Shown piece by piece: positions 17,563-26,087 of a stretch of DNA of 36,916 nt. The notes beneath the pieces are model-generated. The model searched no databases, was not told where the DNA came from, and was given only the letters and a program-made list of their open reading frames with translations. The DNA lies in IMG/VR virus record IMGVR_UViG_3300005405_000060, positions 1 through 36,916 of that record; one strand, given 5' to 3'. This stretch comes from a virus. Lineage: Duplodnaviria > Caudoviricetes. Made by a program: the position numbers and the translations under genes. How positions within the stretch are numbered: the stretch's first letter is position 1; each line of letters starts with the position of its first letter.

Positions 17563-18812
17563 TTTTTGATAAAAGTTTCCGCCCGCGCGAGCCGACTGCG
17601 AAAAGCGCGACTTCAACAACCTCGACGCAAACAGCCTCAGTCGCAAAATTTCTTGAATTTCTCGGTCTTGAAGGCTTCGACGCCAGAGCGACCGGCGACG
17701 CGACCTATTTTGCCTGTCTCAGGGTTCTGTCTGAAAGCATGGGAAAGCTTCCGCTTAAACTCGTTAAAAAAAGCGAGGATGATGGCACGGTCCAGATGCG
17801 AAAGCATCCATACTATGACGCGCTGCGAGTGCGGCCGAATCCGTTTGTCACATCGACGGGCTTCAACACCTCGATGGAGCTTGCGTGCAATGAGTACGGC
17901 AACTCGTTCGCGTGGATACAGCCGGACAAAAAAACGGTGAAGATCTGGCAGCTACCGTCAAAGCAGGTTCGAGTGTGGTGGGACAACGCGATGCTGCTCT
18001 CCGAGGTTCCTCATATCTGGTACATATGGCACGCGTCAAACGGCAAAACCTACAAGTTTTCCGATGATGAGATCATTCACTTTCAGACCTGGTTCAGTAT
18101 GGACGGTATTTGCGGGCTACCGGTGCGCGATATTCTGAAGCTGACTATTGACGGTGCGCTGAAGTCTCAAGCAATGCTGAACAAAATGTATGAAAACGGA
18201 ATGACGGGCAAGGCAGTGCTGCAGTACACGGGGGACATAAACGACGACAAAACAAAGACTTTTGTTGCCGGAATCGAAAGATTCATAGATGGGACGGTCA
18301 CCGGTGCAAAGTCCTTAATTCCTGTACCGCTGGGGTCGACGATTACTCCGCTGGACATCAAGCTGGCGGACGGGCAGTATCTGGAGCTCCGGAAGTTCAC
18401 GGCGCTTCAGGTCGCGGCAGCCTTCGGAGTAAAGCCCGATCAGATAAACGATTATTCAAAGAGCTCCTACAGCTCGAGCGAATCCCAGCAGCTGAGTTTT
18501 CTTGTTGAGTCGCTACTGTGGCGTATTAAGCGCAACGAAGAGGAACTGTCATACAAGCTGCTGAACCCTGAAGAAAGAGCCAACGGACTGACAGTCGAGT
18601 ATAACACCGGAGTTCTTCTCCGCGCGGATACAAAAACACAGATTGATGCGCTTAAATCTGCAGTCGATAGCTCAATCTACAGACCGAACGAAGCGAGAAG
18701 CTTCCTCGGAATGAGTGCAGATCCTGATGGAAACCGCCTCATATGCGCAAACGGAAGCACTATCCCACTTGCGGATGCGGGAAAACAATACGACAGGAAA
18801 GGAGGTAACTAG
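17559..18812 (+). CDS. Portal protein, HK97 family
   Basis: ACLRVLSESMGKLPL, RPNP, GNSF, VAAAFGVKP, PNEAR. Confidence 0.95.
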   Translation: MIFDKSFRPREPTAKSATSTTSTQTASVAKFLEFLGLEGFDARATGDATYFACLRVLSESMGKLPLKLVKKSEDDGTVQMRKHPYYDALRVRPNPFVTSTGFNTSMELACNEYGNSFAWIQPDKKTVKIWQLPSKQVRVWWDNAMLLSEVPHIWYIWHASNGKTYKFSDDEIIHFQTWFSMDGICGLPVRDILKLTIDGALKSQAMLNKMYENGMTGKAVLQYTGDINDDKTKTFVAGIERFIDGTVTGAKSLIPVPLGSTITPLDIKLADGQYLELRKFTALQVAAAFGVKPDQINDYSKSSYSSSESQQLSFLVESLLWRIKRNEEELSYKLLNPEERANGLTVEYNTGVLLRADTKTQIDALKSAVDSSIYRPNEARSFLGMSADPDGNRLICANGSTIPLADAGKQYDRKGGN

Positions 18813-18817
18813 ACGGA

Positions 18818-19549
18818 ATGAACAAAGACGAAATCATAAAATCCGCAGTGATCACGAAGCAGGAAGTCTCGGATGGCGAGCTCGCGCTAATTAACCTCCA
18901 GAGCCTGAAGACTCTGACCGCCGAAGAGGTTTTCGTTTTCAAGCTCGCGGCCTGCAACAACCTGGTTGACCGCGACTTCGAACGTTTCACCGACGCGGCC
19001 CTTGAAAAGCTCGCAGCGCTTTATGTTGGCAGAACAATGATAAGCGACCACAGCTGGAAAGCATCTCTTCAGACTGCCCGCATTTATGCCGGTTCCGTGG
19101 AACCGATGAAAGAGGGCGAAGGAAAGCAGCTTGTCCTTAGAGCCTACATGCTTAGCAGCGATGCGACAAAAGACACGATCGCCGCAATCGAAGGCGGGAT
19201 ACTCCGCGAGGTGAGCATTGCTTGCCGGATTACCAAGGCTGTCTGCAGCATCTGCGGAGTCGACAACCGCGAGGTAATGTGCCAGCACTGGCCCGGCCGC
19301 GAATACGACGGGAAAACCTGTCATTTTGACCTGGACGAACCTACAGACGCCTACGAGGTCAGTTTTGTCGCAGTACCCGCACAGCCGGCCGCGGGCGTGA
19401 CCAAAGCCTACGGCGGAAATGCTCCTGATCCCGAAGAACCCGGAACCACAAGCGAGAAACATGATACGGCGGAGTTTGATTATGAAATCAGGCTCCGGGA
19501 AGCAGAAATGAAAAACTTAAGTTTTGAAATGGAGGAAAACAATGAATAA
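18818..19549 (+). CDS. Prohead maturation protease
   Basis: DRDFERF, DH.W, EVSFVAVPAQ; between portal and capsid. Confidence 0.85.
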   Translation: MNKDEIIKSAVITKQEVSDGELALINLQSLKTLTAEEVFVFKLAACNNLVDRDFERFTDAALEKLAALYVGRTMISDHSWKASLQTARIYAGSVEPMKEGEGKQLVLRAYMLSSDATKDTIAAIEGGILREVSIACRITKAVCSICGVDNREVMCQHWPGREYDGKTCHFDLDEPTDAYEVSFVAVPAQPAAGVTKAYGGNAPDPEEPGTTSEKHDTAEFDYEIRLREAEMKNLSFEMEENNE

Positions 19550-20702
19550 GAAAATGCGCGAAATCTGGCAGAAAATGCAGGGCAAGCTTGCGGAAAGCAA
19601 GCAGTTCATCGCCGCCGGAGAAAAAGACAAATTCTCGGCCTGCATGGACGAATATGACGAGCTCGTGAAGGACTTCAACATCGAAAAGCGCCTTTATGCC
19701 GCGGAAAAAGCCGAAGTTCCTGATGGTCTGAACGAAGACGCGGACGAAGCCGGAGATCCCGAAGCTAAGTCGAAGAGAGATGCCGACATTAAAGCTTTCG
19801 CCGGTTATGTCCGCGCGATGGTCAATAAGGCGTCCACTCCGCAGAACATCACTGTCGGAAACAACGGTGCTCTTATCCCCGAATCGATTGCCAGTATGAT
19901 TATTAAGCAGGTCAAGCAAATCTGCCCGATTTATGCGAAGGCTACGATGTTCCACAGCAAGGGCAAGCTCAAAGTGCCCGTTTATGGAGACAAGGAGGAT
20001 GCTGACGGCAATAAGCACAACATCTCTGTTGCCTTCGCAGCTGAGTTTACAGAGCTTACTGCAGACGCCGGCGCTTTCGTTTCCGTCGACCTGGAAGGCT
20101 TCCTCGTTGGAGCTCTTGCACTCATCGGTATATCGGTTATCAACAACACCGACATTGATGTTGTAAACTTTATCACGAGTGAAATGTCTACCCGCATCGC
20201 ATGGTTTATCGAGAGCATCCTGCTTAACGGCGCCGCTGGCTACAACGCGGGTGCTCTCGCTACCACGAACAACCTCAACGGAGGCAGCGTAGATAAAATC
20301 ACGGCTGACAATCTCATTGATCTGCAGGGAAATGTTCCGCCTCAGCACCAGGCCAACGCCTGCTGGACCATGCATCCCGATACCTTCAAATATGTCCGGA
20401 AGATGAAATACGGCGACGGTACCTACATGCTGCAGCCTGACATGACACTGGAATTCCCCTATCGTCTGCTCGGAAAACCGGTTAACCCCTCCGAAAACAT
20501 GCCGAAAATGGGCAACGGAACTAAACCCGTGCTTTACGGTGATTATTCCGGCCTCGGCGTCAACATGCCAGAGGACATCAGTATTCAGGTTCTTGTTGAA
20601 AAATACGCCACTCAGCACGCGATTGGCGTTGTCGGCTGGTTTGAAATCGATTCTGATATCATCGACCCGAATAAGCTGGCTACGCTCACTATGTCCGTCT
20701 AA
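19542..20702 (+). CDS. Major capsid protein, HK97 fold
   Basis: N-terminal coiled-coil delta domain, GALIP, LLGKPV, YGDYS. Confidence 0.95.
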   Translation: MNKKMREIWQKMQGKLAESKQFIAAGEKDKFSACMDEYDELVKDFNIEKRLYAAEKAEVPDGLNEDADEAGDPEAKSKRDADIKAFAGYVRAMVNKASTPQNITVGNNGALIPESIASMIIKQVKQICPIYAKATMFHSKGKLKVPVYGDKEDADGNKHNISVAFAAEFTELTADAGAFVSVDLEGFLVGALALIGISVINNTDIDVVNFITSEMSTRIAWFIESILLNGAAGYNAGALATTNNLNGGSVDKITADNLIDLQGNVPPQHQANACWTMHPDTFKYVRKMKYGDGTYMLQPDMTLEFPYRLLGKPVNPSENMPKMGNGTKPVLYGDYSGLGVNMPEDISIQVLVEKYATQHAIGVVGWFEIDSDIIDPNKLATLTMSV

Positions 20703-20714
20703 GGGGGCACCGGG

Positions 20715-21071
20715 ATGTATAACACAAAAAACTATACGGAGCAGGGCGGGGACGTGACGCACATCGGTGGAACTCTCGTCATTGACGAGGGAGGAGAAGT
20801 TATCGGACTGCCCCTTGCCTCGGCTGCCGCCTCCGGCGGCGTTAAGGCTTCCGAGAAGGCTGAGACGGATACGCAGGAAGTCAAAATCGACCCTGCGACC
20901 GGCAAGCTCTACGTTCCGGCGAATCCCGCAGCGGCAACCGATGCGGTTGAAGGGCTTGTCCTTAAAGCCGCGAATGTTCCCGAGGCGGCAGGCGAGTCGC
21001 CGACGGCCGCTGAGTTCAAGGCGCTGTTGGATGCGCTTATCGCATCCGGTGCGATGGCTGCGGCTATATAA
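20715..21071 (+). CDS. Head decoration / head fiber-like protein
   Basis: Follows capsid; YNTKNYTEQGG..., EFKALLDALIASG. Confidence 0.65.
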   Translation: MYNTKNYTEQGGDVTHIGGTLVIDEGGEVIGLPLASAAASGGVKASEKAETDTQEVKIDPATGKLYVPANPAAATDAVEGLVLKAANVPEAAGESPTAAEFKALLDALIASGAMAAAI

Positions 21072-21106
21072 GCCGATAAACTGAAACCTGAAGGAGGATG
21101 ATGCTC

Positions 21107-21430
21107 ATGGCTGATCCAATTATCACGGTCGCGGAGGCGCGGGCCTACGCACACGATAACGAGTCCACGGACGCGGAAATGGCGGAGTTCGTCGCATTGG
21201 CGGAAAGCTTTATGACGGGCGCTATAGGTACATATGACGCAACCGACCCGCGGGCGCGGCATCTGGCGAAGCTGCTCGTCTGCGATTTTGATAATGTCCG
21301 CTCAACGACAGCAAAGGACACGAACACCCGGGCGCTGCTCGTCCAGAGCCTCATCCTCCAGCTGCAGATCGAAGCAAATGTGTCCAATTTGGACACAAGC
21401 GGAACGGAAGGGGGCGCGGCAGGTGCTTGA
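21107..21430 (+). CDS. Head-tail connector (gp6-like)
   Basis: ITVAEARAY...LVQSLILQLQ; synteny. Confidence 0.8.
   Translation: MADPIITVAEARAYAHDNESTDAEMAEFVALAESFMTGAIGTYDATDPRARHLAKLLVCDFDNVRSTTAKDTNTRALLVQSLILQLQIEANVSNLDTSGTEGGAAGA
21380..21396. promoter_or_regulatory. 17-bp palindrome, copy 6 (in head-tail connector)
   Basis: GTGTCCAATTTGGACAC. Confidence 0.7.
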
Positions 21431-22016
21431 CGCTAAAATGACGGTCCTATCGCTCGAGAGCGAGAGTGACGCAAATGGCAACATCACCTACGGCTGGCTG
21501 CCGTACCATGACACCTGGGGCACCTACGAGCTGAAGCAGATGCGCAACATTTTTTCCGCGGTGGCGCTGGGCGCCCGCACGGTGGAGCTGACTCTGCGGA
21601 AGCAGCCTATATCTCTTGACAACTCGATATTCCGCGGCGAGCGGCAGCTTTATATCACGCAAATCGACGACACGGCGGATCCTCACTTCACGACGGTGAC
21701 CGCGGCTCTCTTAGATCCTGTCAGCTGCACGGCTGAAATTGAGAGCTTTGAGAAAAACGAGCTCAACCGGATTGTTTCGAGCGGCTTCAGGACAATCATC
21801 TTCCCGGCATGGCTTACCGAAAAGTATCTCGGCCGCACGCAGGCGGAGCCTCAGGTCGTGCTTGACATGATGTATGTTCTGATAACTCCGAAGGCTATCA
21901 AGCTTGCCGCGGGCGAGCTAGTGACGGTCGAGGGGAAGACCTACACGGTTTATGTCGCGCATACACTGGACGGCCATAAAAATGAGTACGAAATCAGCAG
22001 GAAGGACGAAGCGTAA
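21423..22016 (+). CDS. Head closure / head-tail joining protein
   Basis: GTG overlapping the upstream stop; synteny. Confidence 0.65.
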   Translation: MLDAKMTVLSLESESDANGNITYGWLPYHDTWGTYELKQMRNIFSAVALGARTVELTLRKQPISLDNSIFRGERQLYITQIDDTADPHFTTVTAALLDPVSCTAEIESFEKNELNRIVSSGFRTIIFPAWLTEKYLGRTQAEPQVVLDMMYVLITPKAIKLAAGELVTVEGKTYTVYVAHTLDGHKNEYEISRKDEA

Positions 22017-22025
22017 AAACAGCCC

Positions 22026-22208
22026 CTAATCGGAGCTGTTCATGTCGGCGTTTATTAGTTTTGTAACGTAAGCGTTAAGCGATGGATAGCCTTTTTCTTT
22101 GGCATATCCAGCAATCACATCTTTCTGCCCCTTGGGAACGCGAATAGGCAATTGGTCGTAGGCCTTAGCATTGTATTTGTTTTTGCTTGTCGAGGAAGTC
22201 TTGCTCAT
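22026..22208 (-). CDS. Small ribbon-helix-helix (Arc-like) DNA-binding protein
   Basis: NKYNAKAYDQLPIRVPKGQK...SLNAYV..LI; SD gaggtga. Confidence 0.8.
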   Translation of the reverse strand: MSKTSSTSKNKYNAKAYDQLPIRVPKGQKDVIAGYAKEKGYPSLNAYVTKLINADMNSSD

Positions 22209-22246
22209 CGTCTCATCACCTCAAGCAACAGTCTAGCATAATAATT

Positions 22247-22336
22247 ATACTGTTACAAGTATGCGCATTTAACAAAAATACTGCTATAAGTATGGCAATC
22301 CTGCTAGTATACATACTGTTATAAGTATGCTATAAT
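22247..22336. promoter_or_regulatory. Three operator-like repeats and divergent promoter
   Basis: ATACTGYTAYAAGTATG at 22247, 22278 and 22313; TGcTATAAT at 22328-22336. Confidence 0.75.
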
Positions 22337-22381
22337 CTGAGTATGGAGATTTAATCTCAAAATACGAGGAGGAACGGCATT

Positions 22382-23032
22382 ATGACAGCAGCAAGGGAAT
22401 TGTTTTATGAGACAGTAACGGAAATAAAAAACAGGGGCTTAGGAGATTTAGGCACGGCAAAAATCTTAGCTAAGCGCTTCGGGCTGGACCTCGATGAGGC
22501 CTATTTTATGATTACCGGCAATGAGCTGTTCGGCTCGGTACCGTCCGAGCTGAAAGAACTCGGACAGTGGGTGGTCTGGAAGAGCATCCGTAAACCTTAC
22601 GGTCTAGCTAAGGTCCCGTTTTCCGCTTTCGGCGGCTGCGCCAAAACAACGGACCCTGAAACATGGAGCAGCTTTGATGAGGCTGTTCGTGCATACGCAA
22701 AGGGCGACTATGACGGCATAGGCTTTGTTTTTGCTCCGGACGGCGGCTATGTGGGCATCGATATTGACGATTGCTTAAGCGAGGACGGCGGGATTTCGTC
22801 AGAAGCGGCAAAAATCGTGTACGACATGAAATCTTACACTGAAATCAGTCCATCGGGACTGGGACTGCATATCATCATCAAGGGCAAAAAATCAACGGAA
22901 AAATGCAAGAACAATATCGTTGAAATCTATGAAAAGTCACGGTATTTTTGCTTCACCGGCAACGCATACAATTCCGTCTCCGTAATCGAACCCCGTCAGA
23001 CGGCTCTTGACGCCCTGTGTGCGTCACTTTGA
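22382..23032 (+). CDS. Stand-alone AEP primase-polymerase domain (NrS-1-like)
   Basis: QWVVW, DPETWSSF, GIGFVF, GIDIDDC, YTEISPSGLGLHI, EIY...RYFCFTG. Confidence 0.85.
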   Translation: MTAARELFYETVTEIKNRGLGDLGTAKILAKRFGLDLDEAYFMITGNELFGSVPSELKELGQWVVWKSIRKPYGLAKVPFSAFGGCAKTTDPETWSSFDEAVRAYAKGDYDGIGFVFAPDGGYVGIDIDDCLSEDGGISSEAAKIVYDMKSYTEISPSGLGLHIIIKGKKSTEKCKNNIVEIYEKSRYFCFTGNAYNSVSVIEPRQTALDALCASL

Positions 23033-23061
23033 AAAACAGACATTTAGACGGAGGTGCAACA

Positions 23062-23523
23062 ATGCAAAGCGTAGACATGACTAAGCTGAAGCGCTTAGAT
23101 GGTGACTTCGAACACGTTCTGAGGGAAATTCCTGGTGCTCGCATGAAAATGCACGAGCGCATCGGAATTGCGGTCAGAAATGAGGTCAGCGCACAAATCA
23201 ACGTGTCCGGACTGGACGACAGCCGAGGTAAAATTAAAAACTGGCAGGAGCATTTCGTCGGCTCGCTTGGCGGATACGCGGCAATCAGAGCTGTCCGGGG
23301 CCTTGGGCCGAGCGGATATAACGACAGCCCGGGAGCAATTACCAATTACCTCGAAAACGGACACCGGATAAGACCTCCGGGGCAAGGCAAGCGAAGCCGA
23401 GTTACACATTCTTACGTCAATGGTTATCACTTTTATGAGGCGGCTAGGGAAACGGCGGACGCCATTGCCTATGCCGAAGCGGAAAAGTATGCCGACGAAA
23501 TAGCTGATATGCTGGAAGGGTAG
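23062..23523 (+). CDS. Tail completion/neck protein (HK97 gp10-like)
   Basis: NYLENGHRI...YVNGYHF; SD ggaggtg. Confidence 0.75.
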   Translation: MQSVDMTKLKRLDGDFEHVLREIPGARMKMHERIGIAVRNEVSAQINVSGLDDSRGKIKNWQEHFVGSLGGYAAIRAVRGLGPSGYNDSPGAITNYLENGHRIRPPGQGKRSRVTHSYVNGYHFYEAARETADAIAYAEAEKYADEIADMLEG

Positions 23524-23526
23524 AAC

Positions 23527-23982
23527 ATGATTGCCGTTAAAGACATTACGGATGAAATCAACCGGCTTATGGTCGCAGCGTTTCCTTCGGCTCAAGCGCA
23601 TATAAACGCCTGCTCCGCGGGTTTTGATCGCCCGGCGTATCTGATACGCTGCACAAAGTTTGACCGAACTGACGCGAACCGCCGGACAGTTTCTGTTTCA
23701 GCCGGGATGGAAATTGTCTACATACCGGAACTCAACAAAGACCAGATCGTCGACGGAGACGTGCTTTCTGCGGCTCAGGACACGATTATCAGTATTTTCG
23801 CTGCAGGCTACATCAAGGTCGGTGACAGGTGCCTGAAGATCAGGAGCACGCCAGGTAAGCCGGAGACAGACGCAACAATTATCACAATCCAGATGGATTA
23901 TTACGACGACCGCCCGGCGCCGGCAGATAATACGCCGCTGATGGGCTCGGTCACTAACACAACAACACTCAAGGAGGGTTAA
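23527..23982 (+). CDS. Tail terminator-like protein
   Basis: GFDRPAY motif; directly before the sheath gene. Confidence 0.7.
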   Translation: MIAVKDITDEINRLMVAAFPSAQAHINACSAGFDRPAYLIRCTKFDRTDANRRTVSVSAGMEIVYIPELNKDQIVDGDVLSAAQDTIISIFAAGYIKVGDRCLKIRSTPGKPETDATIITIQMDYYDDRPAPADNTPLMGSVTNTTTLKEG

Positions 23983-23983
23983 C

Positions 23984-25051
23984 ATGGGTGGACTCCCAAA
24001 TATCAACATCAGCTTCACGACAGCCGCCTCTACGGCCGTCGCGCGGAGCGAAAAGGGCATCGTCGCGATCATTCTGAAGGACGCGGCCGCGAACGGCGTC
24101 CATATCCTCACAAACGCGACCCAAATCCCAGCGGCGCTCGGCGCCGACAATAAGGCTTACATTGCGCGCGCGTTCCCGGGCTACGTCAATCCGCCCCGCA
24201 AGGTCATAGTTTACGTCGAGCCCGCGGCCGCGGAAAATCTCACCGAGGGTCTTGCGGCGCTGTCGACGCAGGTTTTTGACTATCTCGTCGGACCGCCCGA
24301 CGTATCTGTGGCGGAATGTACGGCGGTGGAAGCCTGGATAACGGCGCAGCGTGCACTCGGAGCTGTTCCGAAGGCTGTCCTGCCGAACACTGAGTCCGAC
24401 AGCGAGGCGATCATCAATTTCGCCGCTTCCGGAATCATGGTGGGCGCGACGGAATACACTGCGGCCGAGTACTGCTCCCGCATCGCCGGTCTGATCGCCG
24501 GAACGCCGTTCCGCATTTCCTGCACCTACGCGCCGCTGACAGAGGTTACGGATATCGACCGTCTGACAAAGGCGGAAATGGATACGGCAATCGATGCCGG
24601 CAAGCTCATACTTTACTACGACGGTGAAAAAGTGAAGGTTGCGAGAGGCGTGAACAGCCTTACGACGCTCACGGCCGCAAAAGGCGCCGCTTTCCAGAAG
24701 ATCAAGATTGTCGAAGCCGTGGATCTCATCACGCACGACATCAAGCTGATTACTCAGGACGGCTATATCGGCAAGTACGCCAACACCTACGACAACAAAT
24801 GCGTGCTGCTCGCCGCGATCAAGGACTATTTTAAGGGCCTTGAGAACAGCGACATCCTCAAAAAGGACGCGAGCACGGTCGGCATCGACATTGAGGCGCA
24901 GGAGGCCTGGCTTCAGGCCGCCGGAACGGTCACCAGCGATATGACCGAGGCGGAGATCAAGGCGGCCAATACGGGCTCGCAGGTGTTCCTGAAGGCGACG
25001 CTGTCAATCCTGGACGCTATCGAGGACATCGCCCTCGATATCACGATTTAA
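23984..25051 (+). CDS. Tail sheath protein (XkdK-like)
   Basis: GLPNINISF...RSEKGIVA, SRIAGLIAG, VKVARGVNSLTT, YIGKYAN. Confidence 0.92.
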   Translation: MGGLPNINISFTTAASTAVARSEKGIVAIILKDAAANGVHILTNATQIPAALGADNKAYIARAFPGYVNPPRKVIVYVEPAAAENLTEGLAALSTQVFDYLVGPPDVSVAECTAVEAWITAQRALGAVPKAVLPNTESDSEAIINFAASGIMVGATEYTAAEYCSRIAGLIAGTPFRISCTYAPLTEVTDIDRLTKAEMDTAIDAGKLILYYDGEKVKVARGVNSLTTLTAAKGAAFQKIKIVEAVDLITHDIKLITQDGYIGKYANTYDNKCVLLAAIKDYFKGLENSDILKKDASTVGIDIEAQEAWLQAAGTVTSDMTEAEIKAANTGSQVFLKATLSILDAIEDIALDITI

Positions 25052-25063
25052 GGAGGCTGCAAA

Positions 25064-25492
25064 ATGGATAACTCAACAAGACTCATGAATGGAACCTGGG
25101 GCGAGGTTTGGCTCGACGGCGAGCTCGTCTCCGAGGCTTACGGCCTGCAGGCCAAAGTCAGCGTAAACAAGGAGGACGTCAAGCTTTGCCGCCAGATGGC
25201 TGTCGACAAGAAAATGACGGGAACCTCCATGACGGGAAGCCTGAAGCTCTACAAGGTCAACTCTCGCATGGCTCTCGCGATCGGCGCCAAGCTGCGCGCT
25301 GGGCGGGATCCCCGCTTCACCGTTATTTCGAAGTTGGACGACCCGGACGCCTACGGCGCGGAGCGCATTACGCTCTATAACGTCTCCTTCGACGACCTGA
25401 CGCTGGCGGACTGGGAAGCATCAGTCAATGGCAAGGTCGAGGCTCCGTTCACGTTCACGGACTTCGAGTTTCTTGACACTGTGGAGGCATGA
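25064..25492 (+). CDS. Tail tube protein (XkdM-like)
   Basis: NGTWGEVWLDG, SKLDDPDAYGAERI, PFTFTD. Confidence 0.92.
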   Translation: MDNSTRLMNGTWGEVWLDGELVSEAYGLQAKVSVNKEDVKLCRQMAVDKKMTGTSMTGSLKLYKVNSRMALAIGAKLRAGRDPRFTVISKLDDPDAYGAERITLYNVSFDDLTLADWEASVNGKVEAPFTFTDFEFLDTVEA

Positions 25493-25884
25493 GCATGGAC
25501 GAAAAGAAAGAAAGCACCGTTAATGTTCTTGACCTTCTTCTTCGCGCCGAGATCCCGAACCTGCCCGAAAAGCAGGTCAAGCAGAAACGGCTCAGCGAGC
25601 TGTGCGGAGCGCCCGTTATCTTCAAGCTGCGGGGGCTGCCTTACAACCGCGCCGCGGAACTGCAGAGCGATATGTCGGAGGACAACAACGTCCATATCGT
25701 GCTGGCGGGCGTCGTTGAGCCGAATCTGAAGGCTCCGGAGCTGCTGGAAAAGTACAAGGTACCTACGCCTGCGGAGCTCGTCAAAAAAATGTTTCTGCCC
25801 GGCGAGATCGTCGATCTCTCGCGCACGATCGAAAAACTCTCAGGCTACCGCATCGATACGATCGAAGACGTTAAAAAAAAATAG
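25489..25884 (+). CDS. Tail assembly chaperone (XkdN-like)
   Basis: EPNLKAPELL, FLPGEI, LSGY; ends in a slippery A9. Confidence 0.88.
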   Translation: MSMDEKKESTVNVLDLLLRAEIPNLPEKQVKQKRLSELCGAPVIFKLRGLPYNRAAELQSDMSEDNNVHIVLAGVVEPNLKAPELLEKYKVPTPAELVKKMFLPGEIVDLSRTIEKLSGYRIDTIEDVKKK

Positions 25885-26084
25885 ATAACGACCCCGAGAC
25901 GCAGCTCATGTACTACCTTTTTACACAGCATGGGCTCCTGCCGGGAGACTATTACAGACTTCCGGCAGGGGACAAGGTCGTTATAAGAGCATTCTGGGAG
26001 ACGTTCATGGGAGTTCTGTCCCGAGAGCGTCGAAAAAGGGGCAATCCGCGCTATGATAAAAGAGCGATTAAGCTGAGGAGGTAG
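25873..26084 (+). CDS. -1 frameshift extension of the tail chaperone (gpGT-like)
   Basis: A9 run at 25873-25881; -1 frame open (IDNDPETQLMYYLFTQHGLLPGDYY...) to TAG 26082-26084. Confidence 0.75.
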
Positions 26085-26087
26085 GCT

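Noticed and set aside
19488-20762. 424-aa minus-strand ORF and similar long antisense ORFs (28192-29325, 23969-24736)
   Set aside because: Shadows of well-supported structural genes, explained by codon bias
23203-23219. GTGTCCGGACTGGACGA as a tenth palindrome copy
   Set aside because: Only about 12/17 match; may be chance
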